Notes: a model not told the origin generated them from the letters alone. A stretch of 64,000 nucleotides of DNA from Eledone cirrhosa (GCA_964016885.1 OZ024741.1:260896001-260960000); one strand, 5' to 3'. Positions 1-12,355 are shown, numbered from the stretch's first letter. A program made the numbers and translations.

Positions 1-199
1 ACTTACGAGTGTTTCGACTTACGAGTGTTTTGACTTACGGTGTTTCGGCTTACGAGTGTTTCGACATACGAGTGTTTTGACGTACGGGTGTTTCGACTTA
101 CGGGTGTTTCGACTTAAGAGTGTTTCGACTTACGAGCGCTTCGACTTACGAGTGTTTCGGCTTACGAGTGTTTCGGCGTATGAGTGTTTTGACTTACGA

Positions 200-2450
200 G
201 TGTTTCGACTTACGAGTGTTTCGACTTACGAGTGTTTCGACTTACGAGTGTTTCGACTTACGAGTGTTTTGACTTACGAGTGTTTTGACTAACGGTGTTT
301 CTGCTTACGAGTGTTTCGACTTACGAGTGTTATGACTTACGGGTGTTTTGACATACGAGTGTTTCGATACGAGTGTTTCGACTTACGAGTGTTACGAGTG
401 TTCTGACTTACGAGTGTTTCGACTTACGAGTGTTCTGACCTACGAGTGTTCTGACTTACGAGTGTTTCGACTTACGAGTGTTTTGACTTACGGGGGTTTC
501 GACTTACGAGTGTTTCGAGTTACGAGTGTTTCGAGTTACGAGTGTTTCGACTTACGAGTGTTTTTACTTACGAATGTTCTGACTTACGGGTGTTTCGGCT
601 TACGAGTGTTTCGACTTACGAGTGTTTTAACTTACGGGTGTTTCTACTTACGCGTGTTTCGACTTGCAAGTGTTTCGACTTACGAGTGTTTCGACTTGCA
701 AGTGTTTCGACTTACGAGTGTTTCGACCACGAATGATCCGACTTACGAGTGTTTCGACTTACGAGTGTTTCGACTTACGAGTGTTCTGACTTACGGGTGT
801 TCCGACTTACGAGTGTTTCGGCTTACGATTGTTTTGACTTACGATTGTTTTGGCTTACGAATGTTTCGACTTACGAGTGTTTCGACTTACGAGTGTTTTG
901 ACTTACGAGTGTTTTGTCTTACGGGTGTTTTGACATACGAGTGTTTCGATACGAGTGTTCTGACTTACGAGTGTTCTGACTTACGAGTGTTCTGACTTAC
1001 GAGTGTTCTGACTTACGGGTGTTCTGACTTACGAGTGTTCCGACTTACGAGTGATTCGGCTTATGAGGGTTTCGACTTACGAGTGCTTCGGCTTACGAGT
1101 GTTTCGACCTACGAGTGTTTCGGCTTACGAGTGTTTTGACGTACGAATGTTTTGGCTTACGCGTGTTTCGGCTTACGAGTGTTTCGAATTACGAGTGTTT
1201 CGACTTACGAGTGTTTTGACTTACGGTGTTTCGGCTTACGAGTGTTTCGACTCACGAGAGTTTTAACTTACGGGTGTTTCGACTTACGCGTGTTTCGACT
1301 TACGAATGTTCCGACTTACGAGTGTTTCGACTTACGAGTGTTTCGGCGTACGAGTGTTTCGACTTACGAGTGTTTTGACTTACGTGTGTTTCGGCTTACG
1401 AGTGTTTTGACTTACGAGTGTTTTGACTTACGGGTGTTTCGGCTTACGAGTGTTTCGACTTACGAGTGTTCTAACTTACGAGTGTTCCGACTTACCAGCG
1501 TTCCGACTTACGAGTGTTTCGGCTTACGAGTGTTCCGACTTACGAGTGTTTCGACTTACGAGTGTTTTGACTTACGGTGTTTCGGCTTACGAGTGTTTTG
1601 ACTTACGAGTGTTTTGACTTACGGGTGTTTTGACATACGAGTGTTTCGATACGAGTGTTCTGACTTACGAGTGTTCTGACTTACGAGCGTTCTGACTTAC
1701 GAGTGTTCTGACTTACGAGTGGTCTGACTTACGGGTGTTCTTACTTACGAGTGTTCCGACTTACGAGTGTTTCAGCTTATGAGTGTTTCGACTTACGAGT
1801 GCTTCGGTTTACGAGTGTTTCGACTTACGAGTGTTTCGACTTACGAGTGTTTTGACTTACGAGTGTTTTGACTAACGGTGTTTCTGCTTACGAGTGTTTC
1901 GACTTACGAGTGTTATGACTTACGGGCGTTTTGACATACGAGTGTTTCGATACGAGTGTTTCGACTTACGAGTGTTACGAGTGTTCTGACTTACGAGTGT
2001 TTCGACTTACGAGTGTTTTGACTTACGGGTGTTTCGACTTACGAGTGTTTCGAGTTACGAGTGTTTCGAGTTACGAGTGTTTCGACTTACGAGTGTTTTT
2101 ACTTACGAATGTTCTGACTTACGGGTGTTTCGGCTTACGAGTGTTTCGACTTACGAGTGTTTTAACTTACGGGTGTTTCTACTTACGCGTGTTTCGACTT
2201 GCAAGTGTTTCGACTTACGAGTGTTTCGACCTGCAAGTGTTTCGACTTACGAGTGTTTCGACTACGAATGTTCCGACTTACGAGTGTTTCGACTTACGAG
2301 TGTTTCGACTTACGAGTGTTCTGACTTACGGGTGTTCCGACTTACGAGTGTTTCGTCTTACGATTGTTTTGACTTACGATTGTTTTGGCTTACGAATGTT
2401 TCGACTTACGAGTGTTTCGACTTCCGAGTGTTTTCACTTACGAGTGTTCT
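200..2450 (+). repeat. Higher-order duplication, offset about 1.55-1.58 kb (about 200-900 vs 1800-2450)
   Basis: Shared rare variants GACTAACGG, GTTATGAC, TTGCAAG twice; ORF pair 348/1931. Confidence 0.8.
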
Positions 2451-3559
2451 GACTACGAGTGTTCTGACTTACGGGTGTTCTGACTTACGAGTGTTCCGAC
2501 TTACGAGTGTTTCGGCGTATGAGTGTTTCGACTTACGGGCGTTTCGACTTACGGGTGTTTCGACTTACGAGTGTTTTGACTTACGAGTGTTCTGACTTAC
2601 TAGTGTTCCGACTTACGACTGTTTCGACTTACGAGTGTTTTGACTTACGAGTGTTCCGACTTACGAGTGTTTTGGCTTACGGGTGTTTCGACGTACGAGT
2701 ATTTTTGGCTTACGAGTGTTTCGACTTACGAGTGTTTTGAATTACGATTGTTTCGGCTTACGAGTGTTTCGACTTACGAGTATTTCGACTTACGAGTTTT
2801 TTTACTTACGGTGTTTCGGCTTACGAGTGTTTCGACTTACGAGTGTTTTGACTTACGGGTGTTTTGACATACGAGTGTTTCGAAACGAGTGCTCTGACTT
2901 ACGAGTGTTCTGACTTACGAGTGTTCTGACTTACGAGTGTTCTGACTTACGGGTGTTCTGACTTACATGTGTTCCGACTTACGAGTGTTTCGGTTATGGG
3001 AGTTTCGACTTACGAGTGTTTCGACTTACGAATGTTTTGGCTTACTAGTGTTTCGGCTTACGAATGTTTCGACTTACGAATGTTTTGGCTTACGAGTGTT
3101 TCGGCTTACGGGTGTTTCGACTTACGAGTGTTTCGACTTACGAGTGTTTTGACTTACGGTGTTTCGGCTTACGATTTATTCGACATACGAGTGTTTCGAC
3201 TTACGTGTGTTTCGACTTACGAGTGTTTCGACTTATGAGTGTTTCGACTTACGAGTGTTCTGACTTACGAGTGTTCTGACTTACGAGTGTTCCGACTTAC
3301 GAGTGTTTCCGTTTACGAGTGATTCGACTTACGGGTGTTTCGACTTACGAGTGTTTCGGCTTACGAGTGCTTCGACTTACTAAAGTTTTTACTTACGAGT
3401 GTTTCGGTGTACGAGTGTTTCGACTTAAGGATGTTTCGACTTACGAGTGTTTCGACTTACGTGTGTTTCGGCTTACGTGAGTTTCGACTTAAGAGTGTTC
3501 TGATTTACGAGTGTTCTGACTTGCGGGTGTTCTGATTTACGAGTGTTCCGACTTACGAG

Positions 3560-6500
3560 TGTTTCGGCTTATGAGTGTTTCGACTTACGAGTGTTTCGGC
3601 TTACGAGTGTTTCGACTTATGGGTGTTTCGACTTACGAGTGTTTTTACTTACGGTGTTTCGGCTTACGAGTGTTTCGACATACGAGTGTTCAGACTTACG
3701 AGTGTTCCGACTTACGAGCGTTCCGACTTACAAATGTTTCGACTTACGAGTGTTAAGACTTACGGGTGTTTTGACATACGAGTGTTTCGATACGAGTGTT
3801 TCGACTTACGAGTGTTACGAGTGTTCTGACTTATGAGTGTTCTGACTTACGAGTGTTCTGACTTACGAGTGTTCTGACTTACGAGTGTTCTGAATTACGA
3901 GCGTTCTGACTTACGAGTGTTCCCACTTACGAGTGTTTCAGCTTACGAGTGTTTCGAATTACGAGTGTTCCGACTTACGAGCGTTCCGACTTACGAGTGT
4001 TTCGGCTTACAAGTGTTCCGACTTACGAGTGTTTCGACTTACGAGTGTTTTGACTTACGATGTTTCTGCTTACGAGTGTTTCGACTTACGAGTGTTAAGA
4101 CTTACGGGTGTTTTGACATACGAGTGTTTCGATACGAGTGTTTCGACTTACGAGTGTTACGAGTGTTCTGACTTACGAGTGTTTCGACTTACGAGTGTTC
4201 TGACCTACAAGTGTTCTGACTTACGAGTGTTTCGACTTACAATTGTTTTTTTCACTTACGGGTGTTTCGACTTACGCGTGTTTCGATTTACGAGTGTTTA
4301 GACTTACGAGTATTTCGACTACGAATGTTCCGACTTACGAGTGTTTCGACTTACGAGTGTTTCGACTTACGGATGTTTCGACTTACGAGTGTTTCGGCTT
4401 ACGATTGTTTCGACTTGCGAGTGTTTCGGTTTACGAGTGTTTCGACTTACGGGTGTTTTGACTTACGATTGTTTGGGCTTACGAATGTTTCGACTTACGA
4501 GTGTTTCGACTTACGAGTGTTTTGACTTATGGTGTTTCGGCTTACGAGTGTTTTGACTTACGAGTGTTTTGACTTACGGGTGTTTTGACATACGAGTGTT
4601 TCGATACGAGTGTTCTGACTTACGAGTGTTCTGACTTACGAGTGGTTTGACTTACGGGTGTTCTGACTTACGAGTGTTCCGACTTACGAGTGTTTCAGCT
4701 TATGAGTGTTTCGACTTACGAGTGCTTCGGATTACGAGTGTTTCGACTTACGAGTGTTTCGGCTTACGAGTGTTTCGACTTACGAATGTTTTGGCTTACG
4801 AGTGTTTCGGCTTACGAGTGTTTCGGCTTATGAGTGTTTCGACTTACGAGTGTTTTGACTTATGGTGTTTCGGCTTACGAGTGTTTCGACTTACGAATGT
4901 TTTTGCTTACGGGTGTTTCGACTTACGAATGTTTTTGCTTACGAGTGTTTCGGTTTACGAGTGTTCCGACTTACGAGTGTTCCGACTTACGAGTGTTTCG
5001 GCTTACGAGTGTTTCCGGCTTACGAGTGTTTCGACTTACGAGTGTTCTGACTTACGAGTGTTCTGATTTACGGATGTTTCGACACACGAGTGTTTCGAAT
5101 TACGAGTGTTTCGACTTACGAGTGTTTTGACTTACGGGTGTTTTGACATACGAGTGTTTCGATACGAGTGTTTCGACTTACGAGTGTTCTGACTTACGAG
5201 TGTTCTGACTTACGAGTGTTCTGACTTACGAGTGTTCTTACTTACGAGTGTTCCGACTTACGAGTGTTTCGGCTTACGAGTGTTTCGGCTTACGAGTGTT
5301 TCAACATACGAATGTTTTGACTTACGAGTGTTGCGACTTACGGGTGTTTCGACTTACGAGTGTTTTGGCTTACGGTGTTTCGGCTTTCGAGTGTTTCGAG
5401 TTACGAGTGTTTTGACTTACGCGTGTTTTGACATACGAGTGTTTCGATACGAGTGTTCTGACTTACGAGTGTTCTGACTTACGAGTGTTCTGACTTACGA
5501 GTGTTCCGACTTTACGAGTGTTTCGGCTCACGAGTGTTTCGGCTTACGAGTGTTTCGACTTACGAGTGTTTTGATTTACGGTGTTTCGGCTTACGAGTGA
5601 TTCGACTTACGAGTGTTTTGACTTACGGGTGTTTTGACTTACGGGTGTTGTGAATTACGAGTGTTTCGGCTTATGAGTGTTTCGACTTACGAGTGTTTCG
5701 GCTTACGAGTGTTTCGGCTTATGGGTGTTTCGACTTACGAGTGTTTTTACTTACGGGTGTTTCGGCTTACGAGTGTTTCGACATACGAGTGTTCAGACTT
5801 ACGAGTGTTCCGACTTACGAGCGTTCCGACTTACGAGTGTTTCGACTTACGAGTGTTAAGACTTACGGGTGTTTTGACATACGAGTGTTTCGATACGAGT
5901 GTTTCGAGTTACGAGTGTTACGAGTGTTCTGACTTACGAGTGTTCTGACTTACGAGTGTTCTGACTTACGAGTGTTCTGACTTACGAGTGTTCCGACTTA
6001 CGAGTGTTTCGGCTTCGAGTGTTTCGACTTACGAGTGTTCTGACTTACGAGTGTTCCGACTTACGAGCGTTCCGACTTACGAGTGTTTCGGCTTACAAGT
6101 GTTCCGACTTACGAGTGTTTCGACTTACGAGTGTTTTGACTTACGGTGTTTCTGCTTACGAGTGTTTCGACTTACGAGTGTTAAGACTTACGGGTGTTTT
6201 GACATACGAGTGTTTCGATACGAGTGTTTCAACTTACGAGTGTTACGAGTATTCTGACTTACGAGTGTTTCGACTTACGAGTGTTCTGACCTACAAGTGT
6301 TCTGACTTACGAGTGTTTCGACTTACGATTGTTTTTTTCACTTACGGGTGTTTCGACTTACGCGTGTTTCGATTTACGAGTGTTTAGACTTACGAGTGTT
6401 TCGACTACGAATGTTCCGACTTACGAGTGTTTCGAATTACGGGTGTTCCGACTTACGAGTGTTTCGGCTTACGATTATTTCGAGTTACGAGTGTTTCGGT

Positions 6501-6780
6501 TTACGAGTGTTTCGACTTACGGGTGTTTTGACTTACGGTGTTTCGGCTTACGAGTGTTTTGACTTACGAGTGTTTTGACTTACGGGTGTTTTGACATACG
6601 AGTGTTTCGATACGAGTGTTCTGACTTACGAGTGTTCTGACTTACGAGTGTTCTGACTTACGAGTGGTCTGACTTACGGGTGTTCTGACTTACGAGTGTT
6701 CCGACTTACGAGCGTTTCAGCTTATGAGTGTTTCGACTTACGATTGCTTCGGTTTACGAGTGTTTCGACTTACGAGTGTT
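3560..6780 (+). repeat. Higher-order duplication, offset about 2.09 kb (about 3560-4740 vs 5650-6780)
   Basis: Shared variants GTTCAGAC, GTTAAGAC twice, TTTTTTTCAC, GTTTAGAC; ORF pairs 4243/6329 and 4262/6348. Confidence 0.85.
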
Positions 6781-7344
6781 TTGACTTATGGTGTTTCGGC
6801 TTACGAGTGTTTCGACATACGAGTGTTTTGACTTACGGGTGTTTCGACTTACGGGTGTTTCGACGTAAGAGTGTTTCGACTTACGAGCGCTTCGACATAC
6901 GAGTGTTTCGACTTACGAGTGTTTCGGCGTACGAGTGTTTTGACTTACGAGTGTTTCGACTTACGAGTGCTTTGACTTACGAATGTTTTGAATTACTTCG
7001 ACTTACGAGTGATCTGACTTTCGAGTGTTCCTACTTACGAGTGTTTCGACATACGAGTGTTTCGACTTGCGAGTGTTTCGACTTACGAGTGTTTCGACTT
7101 ACGAGTGTTCTGACTTACGAGTGTTCTGACTTACGAGTGTTCCGACTTACGAGTGTTTTGACTTACGAATGTTCTGACTTACGGGTGTTTCGCCTTACGA
7201 GTGTTTCGACTTACGAGTGTTTTAACTTACGGGTGTTTCGACTTACGCGTGTTTCGACTTACGAGTGTTTCGACTTACGAATGTTCCGACTTACGAGTGT
7301 TTCTACTTACGAGTGTTTCGGCTTACGAGTGTTTCGACTTACGA

Positions 7345-7413
7345 AAATAACAAATAGACGCGGTTTCAAATATCTATGCTTTTCAAATTCATTACATTAA
7401 TCTTTATTTATAC
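7345..7413. repeat. 69-bp AT-rich insert, copy 1, haplotype A
   Basis: AAATAACAAATAGACGCGGTTTCAAATATCTATGCTTTTCAAATTCATTACATTAATCTTTATTTATAC between ...GACTTACGA and GTTTCGCTTTACGAG; 16/69 G+C. Confidence 0.97.
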
Positions 7414-10210
7414 GTTTCGCTTTACGAGTGTTTCGGCGTACGAGTGTTTCGACTTACGAGTGTTTTAACTTACGGTTGTTTCGACTTACCCGTTTTTCGA
7501 CTACGAATGTTCCGACTTACGAGTGTTTCGACTTACGAGTGTTTCGACTTACGAGTGCTTTGACTTACGAATGTTTTGACTTACTTCGACTTACGAGTGA
7601 TCTGACTTACGAGTGTTCCTACTTACGAGTGTTTCGACTTACGAGTGTTTCGACTTGCGAGTGTTTCGACTTACGAGTGTTTCGGCTTACGAGTGTTTCG
7701 GTGTTTCGGCTTACGTGTGTTTCGACTTACGAGTGTTTCGACTTACGAGTGTTTCGGCTTATGAGTGTTTCGACTTACGAGTGCTTCGGCTTACGAGTGT
7801 TTCGACTTACGAGTATTTCGGCTTACGAGTGTTTCGACGTACGAATGTTTTGGCATACGAGTGTTTCGGCTTATGAGTGTTTCGGCTTACGAGTGTTTCG
7901 ACTTACGAGTGTTTCGGCTTACGAGTGTTTCAGTGTTTCGGCTTACGTGTGTTTCGACTTACGAGTGTTTCGACTTACGACTGTTTCGGCTTACGAGTGT
8001 TTCGGCTTACGAGTGTTTCGGCTTACGAGTGTTTTGACTTACGAGTGTTTTGACTTACGATTGTTTGGCCTACGAGTGTTCTGACTTACGGGTGGTCTGA
8101 CTTACGAGTGTTCCGACATACGAGTGTTTCGGCTTATGAGGGTTTCGATTTACGAGTGCTTCGGCTTACGAGTGTTTCGACTTACGAGTGTTTCGACTTA
8201 CGAGTGTTTCGACTTACGAGTGTTTCGACTTACGAGTGTTTTGACTTACTGTGTTTCGGCTTACGAGTGTTTCGACATACGAGTGTTTTGACGTACGGGT
8301 GTTTCGACTTACGGGTCTTTCGACTTAAGAGTGTTTCGACTTACGAGCGCTTCGACTTACGAGTGTTTTGACTTACGAGTGTTTCGAATTACGAGTGTTT
8401 CGACTTACGAGTGTTTTGACTTACGAGTGTTTTGACTTACGGTGATTCTGCTTACGAGTGTTTCGACTTACGAGTGTTTCGGCGTACGAGAGTTTTGACT
8501 TACGAGTGTTTCGACTTACGAGTGTTTCGACTTACGAGTATTTTGACTTACGAATGTTTTGACTTACGGGTGTTTCGGCTTACGAGTGTTTCGACTTACG
8601 AGTCTTTTGGCTAACGAGTGTTTCGACTTACTAATGTTTTTACTTACGAGTGTTTCGGCGTACGAGTGTTTCGACTTCCGAGTGTTTCGACTTACGGGTG
8701 TTTTGACTTACGGGTGTTTCGGCTTACGAGTGTTTTGACTTACGAGTGTTTTGACTTAAGGGTGTTTCGACTTACGAGTATTTTTGGCTTACGAGTGTTT
8801 CGACTTACGAGTGTTTTGACTTACGAGTGTTCTGATTTACGGATGTTTCGACATACGAGTGTTTCGACTTACGAGTGTTTCGACTTATGAGTGTTTCGAC
8901 TTACGAGTGTTTCGACTTACGAGTGTTTCGGCTTATGATTGTTTCGACTTATGAGTGTTTTGACTTACGGTGTTTCAGCTTACGAGTGTTTCGACTTACG
9001 AGTGTTTTGACTTACGGGTGTTTTGACATACGAGTGTTTCGATATGAGTGTTCTGACTTACGAGTGTTCTGACTTACGAGTGTTTTGACTTACGAGTGTT
9101 CTGACTTACGAGTGTTCCGACTTACGAGTGTTCCGACTTACGAGTGTTTCGGCTTACGAGTGTTTCCCGCTTACGAGTGTTTCGACTTACGAGTGTTTTG
9201 ACTTACGGTGTTTCGTCTTACGAGTGATTCGACTTACGAGTGTTTTGACTTACGGGTGTTTTGACTTACGGGTGTTGTGAATTACGAGTGTTCCGATTTA
9301 CGAGTGTTTTGACTTACGGTGTTTCGGCTTACGAGTGATTCGACTTACGAATGTTTTGACTTACGGGTGTTTCGGCTTGCGAGTGTTTCGACTTACGAGT
9401 GTTTCGGCTTATGAGTGTTTCGACTTACTAATGTTTTTACTTACGAGTGTTCTGACTTACGAGTGTTTCGAATTACGAGTGTTTCGGCGTACGAGTGTTT
9501 TGACTTACGAGTGTTTCGGCTTACGAGTGTTTCGACTTACGAGTGTTTCGGCTTGCGAGTGTTTCGACTTACTAATGTTTTTACTTACGAGTTTTTCGGC
9601 GTACGAGTGTTTCGACTTACGAGTGTTTCGACTTACGGGTGTTTTGACTTAAGGGTGTTTCGACTTACAAGTGTTTAGACTTACGAGTGTTTCGACTTAC
9701 GAGTGTTCTGACTTACGAGTGTTCTGATTTACGGATGTTTCGACATACGAGTGTTTCGACTTACGAGTGTTTCGACTTATGAGTGTTTTGACTTACGGGT
9801 GTTTTGACATACGAGTGTTTCGATACGAGTGTTTCGACTTACGAGTGTTCTGACTTACGAGTGTTCTGACTTACGAGTGTTCTGACTTACGAGTGTTCTG
9901 ATTTACGAGTGTTCCGACTTACGAGTGTTTCGGCTTACGAGTGTTTCGGCTTACGAGTGTTTCGACTTACGAGTGTTTCGACTTACGAGTGTTCCGACTT
10001 ACGGGTGTTTCGACTTACGAGTGGTTTGGCTTACGGTGTTTCGGCCTACGAGTGTTTCGAGTTACGAGTGTTTTGACTTACGCGTGTTTTGACATACGAG
10101 TGTTTCGATACGAGTGTTCTGACTTACGAGTGTTCTGACTTACGAGTGTTCCGACTTTACGAGTGTTTCGGCTCACGAGTGTTTCGGCTTACGAGTGTTT
10201 CGACTTACGA

Positions 10211-10279
10211 AAATAACAAATAGACGCGGTTTCAAATCTCTATGATTTTCAAATTCATTACATTAATCTTTATTTATAC
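10211..10279. repeat. 69-bp insert, copy 2, haplotype B
   Basis: Same sequence but CAAATCTCTATGATTTTC instead of CAAATATCTATGCTTTTC. Confidence 0.97.
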
Positions 10280-11504
10280 GTTTCGCTTTACGAGTGTTTC
10301 GACTTACGAGTGTTTCGACATACGAGTGTTTCGACTTCCGAATGTTTTTGCTTACGGGTGTTTCGACTTACGAATGTTTCGGCTTACGAGTGTTTCGGCT
10401 TACGAGTGTTCCGACTTAGGAGTGTTTCGGCTTACGAGTGTTTCCGGCTTACGAGTGTTTCGACTTACGAGTGTTTCGACTTTCGAGTGTTTTGACTTAC
10501 GGTGTTTCGGCTTACGAGTCATTCGACTTACGAGTGTTTTGACTTACGGGTGTTTTGACTTACGGGTGTTGTGAATTACGAGTGTTCCGATTTACGAGTG
10601 TTTTGACTTACGGTGTTTCGGCTTACGAGTGATTCGACTTACGAATGTTTTGACTTACGGGTGTTTCGGGTTGCGAGTGTTTCGACTTACGAGTGTTTCG
10701 GCTTATGAGTGTTTCGACTTACTAATGTTTTTACTTACGAGTGTTCTGACTTACGAGTGTTTCGAATTACGAGTGTTTCGGCGTACGAGTGTTTTGACAT
10801 ACGAGTGTTTCGGCTTACGAGTGTTTCGACTTACGAGTGTTTCGGCTTGCGAGTGTTTCGACTTACTAATGTTTTTACTTACGAGTTTTTCGGCGTACGA
10901 GTGTTTCGACTTACGAGTGTTTCGACTTACGGGTGTTTTGACTTAAGGGTGTTTCGACTTACAAGTGTTTAGACTTACGAGTGTTTCGACTTACGAGTGT
11001 TCTGACTTACGAGTGTTCTGATTTACGGATGTTTCGACATACGAGTGTTTCGACTTACGAGTGTTTCGACTTACGAGTGTTTTGACTTACGGGTGTTTTG
11101 ACATACGAGTGTTTCGATACGAGTGTTTCGACTTACGAGTGTTCTGACTTACGAGTGTTCTGACTTACGAGTGTTCTGACTTACGAGTGTTCTGATTTAC
11201 GAGTGTTCCGACTTACGAGTGTTTCGGCTTACGAGTGTTTCGGCTTACGAGTGTTTCGACTTACGAGTGTTTCGACTTACGAGTGTTCCGACTTACGGGT
11301 GTTTCGACTTACGAGTGGTTTGGCTTACGGTGTTTCGGCCTACGAGTGTTTCGAGTTACGAGTGTTTTGACTTACGCGTGTTTTGACATACGAGTGTTTC
11401 GATACGAGTGTTCTGACTTACGAGTGTTCTGACTTACGAGTGTTCCGACTTTACGAGTGTTTCGGCTCACGAGTGTTTCGGCTTACGAGTGTTTCGACTT
11501 ACGA

Positions 11505-11573
11505 AAATAACAAATAGACGCGGTTTCAAATCTCTATGATTTTCAAATTCATTACATTAATCTTTATTTATAC
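11505..11573. repeat. 69-bp insert, copy 3, haplotype B
   Basis: Matches copy 2; 1294 bp downstream of it. Confidence 0.97.
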
Positions 11574-12355
11574 GTTTCGCTTTACGAGTGTTTCGACTTA
11601 CGAGTGTTTCGACATACGAGTGTTTCGACTTCCGAATGTTTTTGCTTACGGGTGTTTCGACTTACGAATGTTTCGGCTTACGAGTGTTTCGGCTTACGAG
11701 TGTTCCGACTTAGGAGTGTTTCGGCTTACGAGTGTTTCCGGCTTACGAGTGTTTCGACTTACGAGTGTTTCGACTTTCGAGTGTTTTGACTTACGGGTGT
11801 TTTGACTTACGGGTGTTGTGAATTACCAGTGTTCCGATTTACGAGTGTTTTGACTTACGGTGTTTCGGCTTGCGAGTGTTTCGACTTACGAGTGTTTCGG
11901 CTTATGAGTGTTTCGACTTACTAATGTTTTTACTTACGAGTGTTTCGGCGTTCGAGTGTTTTGACTTACGAGTGTTTCGACTTACGAGTGTTTTGACTTA
12001 CGAATGTTTTGACTTACGGGTGTTTCGGCTTACGGGTGTTTCGACTTACGAGTGTTTCGACTTATGAGTGTTTCGACTTACGAGTGTTCTGACTTACGAG
12101 TGTTCTGACTTACGAGTGTTCCGACTTACGAGTGTTTCGGTTTACGAGTGTTTCGACATACGAGTGTTTTGACTTACAGGTGTTTCGACTTACGGGTGTT
12201 TCGACTTACGAGTGTTTCGGCTTACGAGTGTTTCGAATTACTAATGTCTTTACTTACGAGTGTTTCGGTGTACGAATGTTTTGACTTAAGGATGTTTCGA
12301 CTTACGAGTGTTTCGACTTACGAGTGTTTCGGCTTACGAGTGTTTCGACTTACGA

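Larger units (their letters stand above)
9193..11780 (+). repeat. Tandem pair of 1294-bp higher-order units, each with one haplotype-B insert
   Basis: ORF pairs 9335/10629, 9415/10709, 9941/11235, 10242/11536 all differ by 1294. The same 1294-bp insert spacing recurs at 19.4/20.7, 33.7/35.0, 47.8/49.1 and 52.4/53.7 kb. Confidence 0.93.

Noticed and set aside
7345-7413. Insert as an independently transposing MITE/SINE, tRNA or solo LTR
   Set aside because: Identical junctions in all 19 copies, no target-site duplication, only 6-bp inverted ends, no A/B boxes or cloverleaf, no TG...CA ends.
10242-10574. Hydrophobic N-terminus MIFKFITLIFIYTF as a signal peptide
   Set aside because: It is a translation of the AT-rich insert running into satellite, with no consistent downstream frame among copies.
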